This document shows, one piece after another, positions 37,260 to 50,300 of a DNA stretch of 64,000 nucleotides. Source of the stretch: Eledone cirrhosa (lineage: Eukaryota); assembly GCA_964016885.1 (NCBI GenBank), contig OZ024741.1, positions 258,540,001 to 258,604,000 of the forward strand, written 5' to 3'. The notes beneath the pieces were generated by a model. That model was not told the DNA's origin. It saw only the letters and a list, made by a program, of their open reading frames with translations, and ran no database searches. How positions within the stretch are numbered: the first letter of the stretch is position 1; each line of letters starts with the position of its first letter. Position numbers and translations under genes: made by a program.

Positions 37260-40200
37260 GTTGTTGTTGTTGCTGTTTTCTCTGTCAGTGCCAGTGTTGT
37301 TGTTGTTGCTGTTTTCTCTGTCAGTGCCAGTGTTGTTGTTGTTGCTGTTTTCTGTGTCAGTGCCAGTGTTGTTGTTGTTGCTGTTTTCTGTGTCAGTGCC
37401 AGTGTTGTTGTAGTTGTTGCTGTTTTCTGTGTCAGTGCCAGTGTTGTTGTAGTTGTTGCTGTTTTCTGTGTCAGTGCCAGTGTTGTTGTAGTTGTTGCTG
37501 TTTTCTCTGTGAGTGCCGGTGTTGTTGTAGTTGTTGCTGTTTTCTTTGTCAGTGCCAGTGTTGTTGTTGTTGCTGTTTTCTCTGTCAGTGCCAGTGTTGT
37601 AGTTGTTGCTGTTTTCTCTGTCAGTGCCAGTGTTGTTGTTGTTGTTGCTGTTTTCTCTGTCAGTGCCAGTGTTGTTGTTGTTGCTATTTTCACTGTCAGT
37701 GCCAGTGTTGTTGTTGTTGTTGCTATTTTCACTGTCAGTGCCAGTGTTGTTGTTGTTACTGTTGCTGTTTTCTGTGTCAGTGACAGTGTTGTTGTTGTTA
37801 CTGTTGCTGTTTTCTGTGCCAGTGCCAGTGTTATTGTTGCTGTTGTTGCTGTTTTGTCTGTCAGTGCCAGTGTTGTAGTTGTTGCTGTTTTCTCTGTCAG
37901 TGCCAGTGTTGTTGTAGTTGTTGCTGTTTTCTGTGTCAGTGCCAGTGTTGTTGTTGTTGCTGTTTTCTGTGTCAGTGCCAGTGTTGTTGTTGTTGCTGTT
38001 TTCACTGTCAGTGCCAGTGTTGTTGCTGTTGCTGTTTTCTCTGTCAGTGCCAGTGATGTTGTAGTTGTTGCTGTTTTCTGTGTTAGTGCCAGTGTTGTTG
38101 TAGTTGTTGCTGTTTTCTGTGTCAGTGCCAGTGTTGGTGCTGTTGCTGTTTTCTCTGTCAGTGCCAGTGTTGTTGTAGTTGTTGCTGCTTTCTCTGTCAG
38201 TGCCAGTGTTGTTGTAGTTGTTTCTGTTTTCTGTGTCAGTGCCAGTGTTGTTGTTGTTGCTGTTTTCTCTGTCAGTGCCAGTGTTGTTGTAGTTGTTGCT
38301 GTTTTCTGTGTCAGTGCCACTGTTGTTGTTGCTGTTTTCTGTGTCTGTGCCAGTGTTGTTGTTGTTGCTGTTTTCTCTGTCAGTGCCAGTGTTGTTGTTG
38401 GTGTTTTCTCTGTCAGTGCCAGTGTTGTTGTTGTTGCTGTTTTCTGTGTCAGTGCCAGTGTTGTTGTAGTTGTTGCTGTTTTCTGTGTCAGTGCCAGTGT
38501 TGTTGTAGTTGTTGCTGTTTTCTGTGTCAGTACCGGTGTTGTTGTAGTTGTTGCTGTTTTCTGTGTCAGTGCCAGTGTTGTTGTAGTTGTTGCTGTTTTC
38601 TCTGTCAGTGCCAGTGTTGTTGTTGTTGCTGTTTTCTCTGTCAGTGCCAGTGTTTTTGTTGTTGCTGTTTTCTGTGTCAGTGCCAGTGTGTTTGTTGTTG
38701 CTGTTTTCTGTGTCAGTGCCAGTGTTGTTGTAGTTGTTGCTGTTTTCTGTGTCAGTGCCAGTGCTGTTGTAGTTGTTGCTTTTTTCAGTGTCAGTGCCAG
38801 TGTTGTTGTAGTTGTTGCTGTTTTCTCTGTCAGTGCCAGTTTTGTTGTAGTTGTTGCTGTTTTCTGTGTCAGTGCCAGTGTTGTTGTAGTTGTTGCTGTT
38901 TTCTTTGTCAGTGCCAGTGTTGTTGTTGTTGCTATTTTCTCTGTCAGTGCCAGTGTTGTAGTTGTTGCTGTTTTCTCTGTCAGTGCCAGTGTTGTTGTTG
39001 TTGTTGCTGTTTTCTCTGTCAGTGCCAGTGTTGTTGTTGTTGCTATTTTCACTGTCAGTGCCAGTGTTGTTGTTGTTGCTATTTTCACTGTCAGTGCCAG
39101 TGTTGTTGTTGTTACTGTTGCTGTTTTCTGTGTCAGTGCCAGATTTGTTGTTGTTACTGTTGCTGTTTTCTGTGCCAGTGTTATTGTTGCTGTTGTTGCT
39201 GTTTTGTCTGTCAGTGCCAGTGTTGTAGTTGTTGCTGTTTTCTCTGTCAGTGCCAGTGTTGTTGTAGTTGTTGCTGTTTTCTGTGTCAGTGCCAGTGTTG
39301 TTGTTGTTGCTGTTTTCTGTGTCAGTGCCAGTGTTGTTGTTGTTGCTATTTTCACTGTCAGTGCCAGTGTTGTTGCTGTTGCTGTTTTCTCTGTCAGTGC
39401 CAGTGATGTTGTAGTTATTGCTGTTTTCTGTGTCAGTGCCAGTGTTGTTGTAGTTGTTGCTGTTTTCTCTGTCAGTGCCAGTGTTGTTGTTGTTGCTGTT
39501 TTCTGTGTCAGTGCCAGTGTTGTTGTTGTTGCTGTTTTCTGTGTCTGCCAGTGTTGTTGTTGTTGCTGTTTTCTCTGTCAGTGCCAGTGTTGTTGTAGTT
39601 GTTGCTGTTTTCTCTGTCAGTGCCAGTGTTGTTGTAGTTGTTGCTGTTTTCTGTGTCAGTGCCGGTGTTGTTGTTGTTGCTGTTTTCTCTGTCAGTGCCA
39701 GTGTTGTTGTTGTTGCTGTTTTCTGTGTCAGTGCCAGTGTTGTTGTTGCTGTTTTCTGTGTCAGTGCCAGTGTTGTTGTTGTTGCTGTTTTCTGTGTCAG
39801 TGCCAGTGTTGTTGTAGTTGTTGCTGTTTTCTGTGTCAGTGCCAGTGTTGTTGTAGTTGTTGCTGTTTTCTCTGTCAGTGCCAGTGTTGTAGTTGTTGCT
39901 GTTTTCTCTGTCAGTGCCAGTGTTGTTGTAGTTGTTGCTGTTTTCTCTGTCAGTGCCAGTGTTGTAGTTGTTGCTGTTTTCTCTGTCAGTGCCAGTATTG
40001 TTGTAGTTGTTGCTGTTTTCTATGTCAGTGCCAGTGTTGTTGTTGTTGCTATTTTCACTGTCAGTGCCAGTGTTGTTGCTGTTGCTGTTTTCTCTGTCAG
40101 TGCCAGTGATGTTGTAGTTGTTGCTGTTTTCTGTGTTAGTGCCAGTGTTGTTGTAGTTGTTGCTGTTTTCTGTGTCAGTGCCAGTGTTGTTGCTGTTGCT

Positions 40201-42990
40201 GTTTTCTATGTCAGTGCCAGTGTTGTTGTAGTTGTTGCTGCTTTCTCTGTCAGTGCCACTGTTGTTGTAGTTGTTGCTGTTTTCTGTGTCAGTGCCAGTG
40301 TTGTTGTTGTTGCTGTTTTCTCTGTCAATGCCAGTGTTGTTGTAGTTGTTGCTGTTTTCTGTGTCAGTGCCACTGTTGTTGTTGCTGTTTTCTGTGTCAG
40401 TGCCAGTGTTGTTGTTGTTGCTGTTTTCTGTGTCAGTGCCATTGTTATTGCTGTTGTTGCTGTTTTCTGTGTCAGTGCCAGTGTTGTTGTTGCTGTTGTT
40501 GCTGTTTTCTGTGTCAGTGCCAGTGTTGTTGCTGTTGCTGTTTTCTCTGTCAGTGCCAGTGTTGTTGTAGTTGTTGCTGTTTTATCTGTCAGTGCCAGTG
40601 TTGTAGTTGTTGCTGTTTTCTGTGTCAGTGCCAGTGTTGTTGTTGTTGCTGTTTTCTCTGTCAGTGCCAGTGTTGTTGTTGTTGCTGTTTTCTCTGTCAG
40701 TGCCAGTGTTGTTGTTGTTGCTGTTTTCTGTGTCAGTGCCAGTGTTGTTGTTGTTGCTGTTTTCTGTGTCAGTGCCAGTGTTGTTGTAGTTGTTGCTGTT
40801 TTCTCTGTCAGTGCCAGTGTTGTTGTAGTTGTTGCTGTTTTCTGTGTCAGTGCCAGTGTTGTTGTAGTTGTTGCTGTTTTCTCTGTGAGTGACAGTGTTG
40901 TTGTAGTTGTTGCTGTTTTCTTTGTCAGTGCCAGTGTTGTTGTTGTTGCTGTTTTCTCTGTCAGTGCCAGTGTTGTAGTTGTTGCTGTTTTCTCTGTCAG
41001 TGCCAGTGTTGTTGTTGTTGTTGCTGTTTTCTCTGTCAGTGCCAGTGTTGTTGTTGTTGCTATTTTCACTGTCAGTGCCAGTGTTGTTGTTGTTGTTGCT
41101 ATTTTCACTGTCAGTGCCAGTGTTGTTGTTGTTACTGTTGCTGTTTTCTGTGTCAGTGACAGTGTCGTTGTTGTTACTGTTGCTGTTTTCTGTGCCAGTG
41201 CCAGTGTTATTGTTGCTGTTGTTGCTGTTTTGTCTGTCAGTGCCAGTGTTGTAGTTGTTGCTGTTTTCTCTGTCAGTGCCAGTGTTGTTGTAGTTGTTGC
41301 TGTTTTCTGTGTCAGTGCCAGTGTTGTTGTTGTTGCTGTTTTCTGTGTCAGTGCCAGTGTTGTTGTTGTTGCTATTTTCACTGTCAGTGCCAGTGTTGTT
41401 GCTGTTGCTGTTTTCTCTGTCAGTGCCAGTGATGTTGTAGTTGTTGCTGTTTTCTGTGTCAGTGCCAGTGTTGGTGCTGTTGCTGTTTTCTCTGTCAGTG
41501 CCAGTGTTGTTGTAGTTGTTGCTGCTTTCTCTGTCAGTGCCAGTGTTGTTGTAGTTGTTTCTGTTTTCTGTGTCAGTGCCAGTGTTGTTGTTGTTGCTGT
41601 TTTCTCTGTCAGTGCCAGTGTTGTTGTAGTTGTTGCTGTTTTCTGTGTCAGTGCCACTGTTGTTGTTGCTGTTTTCTGTGTCTGTGCCAGTGTTGTTGTT
41701 GTTGCTGTTTTCTCTGTCAGTGCCAGTGTTGTTGTTGGTGTTTTCTCTGTCAGTGCCAGTGTTGTTGTTGTTGCTGTTTTCTGTGTCAGTGCCAGTGTTG
41801 TTGTAGTTGTTGCTGTTTTCTGTGTCAGTGCCAGTGTTGTTGTAGTTGTTGCTGTTTTCTGTGTCAGTACCGGTGTTGTTGTAGTTGTTGCTGTTTTCTG
41901 TGTCAGTGCCAGTGTTGTTGTAGTTGTTGCTGTTTTCTCTGTCAGTGCCAGTGTTGTTGTTGTTGCTGTTTTCTCTGTCAGTGCCAGTGTTTTTGTTGTT
42001 GCTGTTTTCTGTGTCAGTGCCAGTGTGTTTGTTGTTGCTGTTTTCTGTGTCAGTGCCAGTGTTGTTGTAGTTGTTGCTGTTTTCTGTGTCAGTGCCAGTG
42101 TTGTTGTAGTTGTTGCTTTTTTCAGTGTCAGTGCCAGTGTTGTTGTAGTTGTTGCTGTTTTCTCTGTCAGTGCCAGTTTTGTTATAGTTGTTGCTCTTTT
42201 CTGTGTCAGTGCCAGTGTTGTTGTAGTTGTTGCTGTTTTCTTTGTCAGTGCCAGTGTTGTTGTTGTTGCTGTTTTCTCTGTCAATGCCAGTGTTGTAGTT
42301 GTTGCTGTTTTCTCTGTCAGTGCCAGTGTTGTTGTTGTTGTTGCTGTTTTCTCTGTCAGTGCCAGTGTTGTTGTTGTTGCTATTTTCACTGTCAGTGCCA
42401 GTGTTGTTGTTGTTGCTATTTTCACTGTCAGTGCCAGTGTTGTTGTTGTTACTGTTGCTGTTTTCTGTGTCAGTGCCAGATTTGTTGTTGTTACTGTTGC
42501 TGTTTTCTGTGCCAGTGTTATTGTTGCAGTTGTTGCTGTTTTGTCTGTCAGTGCCAGTGTTGTAGTTGTTGCTGTTTTCTCTGTCAGTGCCAGTGTTGTT
42601 GTAGTTGTTGCTGTTTTCTGTGTCAGTGCCAGTGTTGTTGTTGTTGCTGTTTTCTGTGTCAGTGCCAGTGTTGTTGTTGTTGCTATTTTCACTGTCAGTG
42701 CTAGTGTTGTTGCTGTTGCTGTTTTCTCTGTCAGTGCCAGTGATGTTGTAGTTATTGCTGTTTTCTGTGTCAGTGCCAGTGTTGTTGTAGTTGTTGCTGT
42801 TTTCTCTGTCAGTGCCAGTGTTGTTGTTGTTGCTGTTTTCTGTGTCAGTGCCAGCGTTGTTGTTGTTGCTGTTTTCTGTGTCTGCCAGTGTTGTTGTTGT
42901 TGCTGTTTTCTCTGTCAGTGCCAGTGTTGTTGTAGTTGTTGCTGTTTTCTCTGTCAGTGCCAGTGTTGTTGTAGTTGTTGCTGTTTTCTG
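37260..42990 (+). repeat. Nested duplication, offset 3,376/3,337 bp (about 37260-39650 and 40630-42990)
   Basis: CTGTGAGT 37507/40883, GTTGGTGCT 38133/41470, TACCGGT 38531/41868, 2-bp deletion monomer about 39545/42882. Confidence 0.88.
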
Positions 42991-45900
42991 TGTCAGTGCC
43001 AGTGTTGTTGTAGTTGTTGCTGTTTTCTGTGTCAGTACCGGTGTTGTTGTAGTTGTTGCTGTTTTCTGTGTCAGTGCCAGTGTTGTTGTAGTTGTTGCTG
43101 TTTTCTCTGTCAGTGCCAGTGTTGTTGTTGTTGCTGTTTTCTCTGTCAGTGCCAGTGTTTTTGTTGTTGCTGTTTTCTGTGTCAGTGCCAGTGTGTTTGT
43201 TGTTGCTGTTTTCTGTGTCAGTGCCAGTGTTGTTGTAGTTGTTGCTGTTTTCTGTGTCAGTGCCAGTGTTGTTGTAGTTGTTGCTTTTTTCAGTGTCAGT
43301 GCCAGTGTTGTTGTAGTTGTTGCTGTTTTCTCTGTCAGTGCCAGTTTTGTTGTAGTTGTTGCTGTTTTCTGTGTCAGTGCCAGTGTTGTTGTAGTTGTTG
43401 CTGTTTTCTTTGTCAGTGCCAGTGTTGTTGTTGTTGCTATTTTCTCTGTCAGTGCCAGTGTTGTAGTTGTTGCTGTTTTCTCTGTCAGTGCCAGTGTTGT
43501 TGTTGTTGTTGCTGTTTTCTCTGTCAGTGCCAGTGTTGTTGTTGTTGCTATTTTCACTGTCAGTGCCAGTGTTGTTGTTGTTGCTATTTTCACTGTCAGT
43601 GCCAGTGTTGTTGTTGTTACTGTTGCTGTTTTCTGTGTCAGTGCCAGATTTGTTGTTGTTACTGTTGCTGTTTTCTGTGCCAGTGTTATTGTTGCTGTTG
43701 TTGCTGTTTTGTCTGTCAGTGCCAGTGTTGTAGTTGTTGCTGTTTTCTCTGTCAGTGCCAGTGTTGTTGTAGTTGTTGCTGTTTTCTGTGTCAGTGCCAG
43801 TGTTGTTGTTGTTGCTGTTTTCTGTGTCAGTGCCAGTGTTGTTGTTGTTGCTATTTTCACTGTCAGTGCCAGTGTTGTTGCTGTTGCTGTTTTCTCTGTC
43901 AGTGCCAGTGATGTTGTAGTTATTGCTGTTTTCTGTGTCAGTGCCAGTGTTGTTGTAGTTGTTGCTGTTTTCTCTGTCAGTGCCAGTGTTGTTGTTGTTG
44001 CTGTTTTCTGTGTCAGTGCCAGTGTTGTTGTTGTTGCTGTTTTCTGTGTCTGCCAGTGTTGTTGTTGTTGCTGTTTTCTCTGTCAGTGCCAGTGTTGTTG
44101 TAGTTGTTGCTGTTTTCTCTGTCAGTGCCAGTGTTGTTGTAGTTGTTGCTGTTTTCTGTGTCAGTGCCGGTGTTGTTGTTGTTGCTGTTTTCTCTGTCAG
44201 TGCCAGTGTTATTGTTGTTGCTGTTTTCTGTGTCAGTGCCAGTGTTGTTGTTGCTGTTTTCTGTGTCAGTGCCAGTGTTGTTGTTGTTGCTGTTTTCTGT
44301 GTCAGTGCCAGTGTTGTTGTAGTTGTTGCTGTTTTCTGTGTCAGTGCCAGTGTTGTTGTAGTTGTTGCTGTTTTCTCTGTCAGTGCCAGTGTTGTAGTTG
44401 TTGCTGTTTTCTCTGTCAGTGCCAGTGTTGTTGTAGTTGTTGCTGTTTTCTCTGTCAGTGCCAGTGTTGTAGTTGTTGCTGTTTTCACTGTCAGTGCCAG
44501 TGTTGTTGTAGTTGTTGCTGTTTTCTATGTCAGTGCCAGTGTTGTTGTTGTTGCTATTTTCACTGTCAGTGCCAGTGTTGTTGCTGTTGCTGTTTTCTGT
44601 GTTAGTGCCAGTGTTGTTGTAGTTGTTGCTGTTTTCTGTGTCAGTGTCAGTGTTGTTGCTGTTGCTGTTTTCTATGTCAGTGCCACTGTTGTTGTAGTTG
44701 TTGCTGCTTTCTCTGTCAGTGCCACTGTTGTTGTAGTTGTTGCTGTTTTCTGTGTCAGTGCCAGTGTTGTTGTTGTTGCTGTTTTCTCTGTCAATGCCAG
44801 TGTTGTTGTAGTTGTTGCTGTTTTCTGTGTCAGTGCCACTGTTGTTGTTGCTGTTTTCTGTGTCAGTGCCAGTGTTGTTGTTGTTGCTGTTTTCTCTGTC
44901 AGTGCCAGTGTTGTTGTTGTTGCTGTTTTCTGTGTCAGTGCCATTGTTATTGCTGTTGTTGCTGTTTTCTGTGTCAGTGCCAGTGTTGTTGTTGCTGTTG
45001 TTGCTGTTTTCTGTGTCAGTGCCAGTGTTGTTGCTGTTGCTGTTTTCTCTGTCAGTGCCAGTGTTGTTGTAGTTGTTGCTGTTTTATCTGTCAGTGCCAG
45101 TGTTGTAGTTGTTGCTGTTTTCTGTGTCAGTGCCAGTGTTGTTGTTGTTGCTGTTTTCTCTGTCAGTGCCAGTGTTGTTGTTGTTGCTGTTTTCTCTGTC
45201 AGTGCCAGTGTTGTTGTTGTTGCTGTTTTCTGTGTCAGTGCCAGTGTTGTTGTTGTTGCTGTTTTCTGTGTCAGTGCCAGTGTTGTTGTAGTTGTTGCTG
45301 TTTTCTGTGTCAGTGCCAGTGTTGTTGTAGTTGTTGCTGTTTTCTGTGTCAGTGCCAGTGTTGTTGTAGTTGTTGCTGTTTTCTCTGTGAGTGCCAGTGT
45401 TGTTGTAGTTGTTGCTGTTTTCTTTGTCAGTGCCAGTGTTGTTGTTGTTGCTGTTTTCTCTGTCAGTGCCAGTGTTGTAGTTGTTGCTGTTTTCTCTGTC
45501 AGTGCCAGTGTTGTTGTTGTTGTTGCTGTTTTCTCTGTCAGTGCCAGTGTTGTTGTTGTTGCTATTTTCACTGTCAGTGCCAGTGTTGTTGTTGTTGTTG
45601 CTATTTTCACTGTCAGTGCCAGTGTTGTTGTTGTTACTGTTGCTGTTTTCTGTGTCAGTGACAGTGTCGTTGTTGTTACTGTTGCTGTTTTCTGTGCCAG
45701 TGCCAGTGTTATTGTTGCTGTTGTTGCTGTTTTGTCTGTCAGTGCCAGTGTTGTAGTTGTTGCTGTTTTCTCTGTCAGTGCCAGTGTTGTTGTAGTTGTT
45801 GCTGTTTTCTGTGTCAGTGCCAGTGTTGTTGTTGTTGCTGTTTTCTGTGTCAGTGCCAGTGTTGTTGTTGTTGCTATTTTCACTGTCAGTGCCAGTGTTG

Positions 45901-47330
45901 TTGCTGTTGCTGTTTTCTCTGTCAGTGCCAGTGATGTTGTAGTTGTTGCTGTTTTCTGTGTCAGTGCCAGTGTTGGTGCTGTTGCTGTTTTCTCTGTCAG
46001 TGCCAGTGTTGTTGTAGTTGTTGCTGCTTTCTCTGTCAGTGCCAGTGTTGTTGTAGTTGTTTCTGTTTTCTGTGTCAGTGCCAGTGTTGTTGTTGTTGCT
46101 GTTTTCTCTGTCAGTGCCAGTGTTGTTGTAGTTGTTGCTGTTTTCTGTGTCAGTGCCACTGTTGTTGTTGCTGTTTTCTGTGTCTGTGCCAGTGTTGTTG
46201 TTGTTGCTGTTTTCTCTGTCAGTGCCAGTGTTGTTGTTGGTGTTTTCTCTGTCAGTGCCAGTGTTGTTGTTGTTGCTGTTTTCTGTGTCAGTGCCAGTGT
46301 TGTTGTAGTTGTTGCTGTTTTCTGTGTCAGTGCCAGTGTTGTTGTAGTTGTTGCTGTTTTCTGTGTCAGTACCGGTGTTGTTGTAGTTGTTGCTGTTTTC
46401 TGTGTCAGTGCCAGTGTTGTTGTAGTTGTTGCTGTTTTCTCTGTCAGTGCCAGTGTTGTTGTTGTTGCTGTTTTCTCTGTCAGTGCCAGTGTTTTTGTTG
46501 TTGCTGTTTTCTGTGTCAGTGCCAGTGTGTTTGTTGTTGCTGTTTTCTGTGTCAGTGCCAGTGTTGTTGTAGTTGTTGCTGGTTTCTGTGTCAGTGCCAG
46601 TGTTGTTGTAGTTGTTGCTTTTTTCAGTGTCAGTGCCAGTGTTGTTGTAGTTGTTGCTGTTTTCTCTGTCAGTGCCAGTTTTGTTATAGTTGTTGCTCTT
46701 TTCTGTGTCAGTGCCAGTGTTGTTGTAGTTGTTGCTGTTTTCTTTGTCAGTGCCAGTGTTGTTGTTGTTGCTGTTTTCTCTGTCAGTGCCAGTGTTGTAG
46801 TTGTTGCTGTTTTCTCTGTCAGTGCCAGTGTTGTTGTTGTTGTTGCTGTTTTCTCTGTCAGTGCCAGTGTTGTTGTTGTTGCTATTTTCACTGTCAGTGC
46901 CAGTGTCGTTGTTGTTGCTATTTTCACTGTCAGTGCCAGTGTTGTTGTTGTTACTGTTGCTGTTTTCTGTGTCAGTGCCAGATTTGTTGTTGTTACTGTT
47001 GCTGTTTTCTGTGCCAGTGTTATTGTTGCAGTTGTTGCTGTTTTGTCTGTCAGTGCCAGTGTTGTAGTTGTTGCTGTTTTCTCTGTCAGTGCCAGTGTTG
47101 TTGTAGTTGTTGCTGTTTTCTGTGTCAGTGCCAGTGTTGTTGTTGTTGCTGTTTTCTGTGTCAGTGCCAGTGTTGTTGTTGTTGCTATTTTCACTGTCAG
47201 TGCTAGTGTTGTTGCTGTTGCTGTTTTCTCTGTCAGTGCCAGTGATGTTGTAGTTATTGCTGTTTTCTGTGTCAGTGCCAGTGTTGTTGTAGTTGTTGCT
47301 GTTTTCTCTGTCAGTGCCAGTGTTGTTGTA
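38447..47330 (+). repeat. Higher-order near-tandem duplication, period ~4,502-4,505 bp (about 38447-42828 and 42952-47330)
   Basis: TACCGGT 38531/43036 and 41868/46370, GTTATAGTTGTTGCTCTTT 42181/46683, GTTGCAGTT 42523/47025, GTGCTAGT 42698/47200. Confidence 0.92.
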
Positions 47331-50300
47331 GTTGTTGCTGTTTTCTTTGTCAGTGCCAGTGTTGTTGTTGTTGCTGTTTTCTGTCAGTGCCAGTGTTGTA
47401 GTTGTTGCTGTTTTCTCTGTCAGTGCCAGTGTTGTTGTTGTTGTTGCTGTTTTCTCTGTCAGTGCCAGTGTTGTTGTTGTTGCTATTTTCACTGTCAGTG
47501 CCAGTGTTGTTGTTGTTGCTATTTTCACTGTCAGTGCCAGTGTTGTTGTTGTTACTGTTGCTGTTTTCTGTGTCAGTGCCAGAATTGTTGCTGTTACTGT
47601 TGCTGTTTTCTGTGCCAGTGTTATTGTTGCTGTTGTTACTGTTTTGTCTGTCAGTGCCAGTGTTGTAGTTGTTGTTGTTTTCTCTGTCAGTGCCAGTGTT
47701 GTTGTAGTTGTTGCTGTTTTCTGTGTCAGTGCCAGTTTTGTTGTTGTTGCTGTTTTCTGTGTCAGTGCCAGTGTTGTTGTTGTTGCTACTTTCACTGTCA
47801 GTGCCAGTGTTGTTGCTGTTGCTGTTTTCTCTGTCAGTGCCAGTGATGTTGTAGTTGTTGCTGTTTTCTGTGTTAGTGCCAGTGTTGTTGTAGTTGTTGC
47901 TGTTTTCTGTGTCAGTGCCAGTGTTGTTGCTGTTGCTGTTTTCTCTGTCAGTGCCAGTGTTGTTGTAGTTGTTGCTGCTTTCTCTGTCAGTGCCAGTGTT
48001 GTTGTAGTTGTTTCTGTTTTCTGTGTCAGTGCCAGTGTTGTTGTTGTTGCTGTTTTCTCTGTCAGTGCCAGTGTTGTTGTAGTTGTTGCTGTTTTCTGTG
48101 TCAGTGCCAGTGTTGTTTTAGTTGTTGCTGTTTTCTGTGTCAGTGCCAGTGTTGTTGTAGTTATTGCTGTTTTCTCTGTCAGTGCCAGTGTTGTTGTAGT
48201 TGTTGCTGTTTTCTGTGTCAGTGCCAGTGTTGTTGTAGTTGTTGCTGTTTTCTCTGTCAGTGCCAGTGTTGTTGTAGTTGTTGCTGTTTTCTCTGTCAGT
48301 GCCAGTGTTGTTGTAGTTGTTGCTGTTTTCTGTGTCAGTGCCAGTGTTGTTGCTGTTTTCTCTGTCAGTGCCAGTGTTGTTGTAGTTGTTGCTGTTTTCT
48401 GTGTCAGTGCCAGTGTTGTTGTAGTTGTTGCTGTTTTCTCTGTCAGTGCCAGTGTTGTTGTAGTTGTTGCTGTTTTCTGTGTCAGTGCCAGTGTTGTTGT
48501 TGTTGCTGTTTTCTCTGTCAGTGCCAGTGTTGTTGTAGTTGTTGCTATTTTCTCTGTCAGTGCCAGTTTTGTTGTAGTTGTTGCTGTTTTCTGTGTCAGT
48601 GCCAGTGTTGTAGTAGTTGTTGCTGTTTTCTCTGTCAGTGCCAGTGTTGTTGTTGTTGTTGCTGTTTTCTCTGTCAGTGTTGTTGTTGTTGCTATTTTCA
48701 CTGTCAGTGCCAGTGTTGTTGTTGTTGCTGTTTTCTGTGTCAGTGCCAGTGTTGTTGTTGTTGTTGCTGTTTTCTGTGTCAGTGCCAGTGTTGTTGTTGT
48801 TACTGCTGCTGTTTTCTGTGTCAGTGCCAGTGTTGTTGTTGCTGTTGTTGCTGTTTTCTGTGTCAGTGCCAGTGTTGTTGTTGCTGTTTTCCGTGCCAGT
48901 GTTGTTGTAGTTGTTGCTGTTTTCTGTGTCAGTGCCAGTTTTCTTGCTGTTGCTGTTTTCTGTGTCAGTGCCAGTGTTGTTGTTGTTACTGTTGCTGTTT
49001 TCTGTGTCAGTTCCAGGGTTGTTGTTGTTGTTGCTGTTGCTGTTTTCTGTGCCAGTGCCAGTGTTATTGTTGCTGTTGTTGCTGTTTTCTCTGTCAGTGC
49101 CAGTGTTGTTGTAGTTGTTGCTGTTTTCTCTGTCAGTGCCAGTGTTGTTGTAGTTGTTGCTGTTTTCTGTGTCAGTGCCAGTGTTGTTGTAGTTGTTGCT
49201 GTTTTCTCTGTCAGTGCCAGTGTTGTTGTTGTTAGTGTTGCTGTTTTCTGTGTCAGTTCCAGTGTTGCTGTTGCTGTTTTCTGTGCCAGTGCCAGTGTTA
49301 TTGTTGCTGTTTTCTGTGTCAGTGCCACGGTTGTTGTTGCTGTTGTTGCTGTTTTCTGTGTCAGTGCCAGTGTTGTTGATGCTGTTGTTGCTGTTTTCTG
49401 TGTCAGTGCCAGTGTTGTTGTTGCTGTTTTCCGTGCCAGTGTTGTTGTAGTTGTTGCTGTTTTCTGTGTCAGTGCCAGTGTTGTTGTAGTTGTTGCTGTT
49501 TTCTGTGTCAGTGCCAGTGTTGTTGTAGTTGTTGCTGTTTTCTGTGTCAGTGCCAGTGTTGTTGTAGTTGTTGCTGTTTTCTCTGTCAGTGGCAGTGTTG
49601 TTGTAGTTGTTGTGGTTTTCTGTGTCAGTGCCAGTGTTGTTGCTGTTGCTGTTTTCTCTGTCAGTGCCAGTGTTGTTGTAGTTGTTGCTGTTTTCTCTGT
49701 CAGTGCCAGTGTTGTTGTTGTTGCTGTTTTCTCTGTCAGTGCCAGTGTTGTTGTTGTTGCTGTTTTCTCTGTCAGTGCCAGTGTTGTTGTAGTTGTTGCT
49801 GTTTTCTGTGTCAGTGCCAGTGTTGTTGCTGTTGTTGCTGTTTTCTGTGTCAGTGCCAGTGTTGTTGTTGCTGTTTTCTCTGTCAGTGGCAGTGTTTTTG
49901 TTGTTGCTGTTTTCTGTGTCAGTGCCAGTGTTGTTCTAGTTGTTGATGTTTTCTGTGCCAGTGCCAGTGTTGTTGTAGTTGTTGCTGTTTTCTCTGTCAG
50001 TGCCAGTGTTGTTGTAGTTGTTGCTGTTTTCTCTGTCAGTGCCAGTGTTGTTGTAGTTGTTGCTGTTTTCTGTGTCAGTGCCAGTGTTGTTGTTGTTGCT
50101 GTTTTCTCTGTCAGTGCCAGTGTTGTTGTAGTTATTGCTGTTTTCTGTGTCAGTGCCACTGTTGTTGTTGCTGTTTTCTGTGTCAGTGCCAGTGTTGTTG
50201 TTGTTGCTGTTTTCTCTGTTAGTGCCAGTGTTGTTGTTGCTGTTTTCTCTGTCAGTGCCAGTGTTGTTGTTGTTGCTGTTTTCTGTGTCAGTGCCATTGT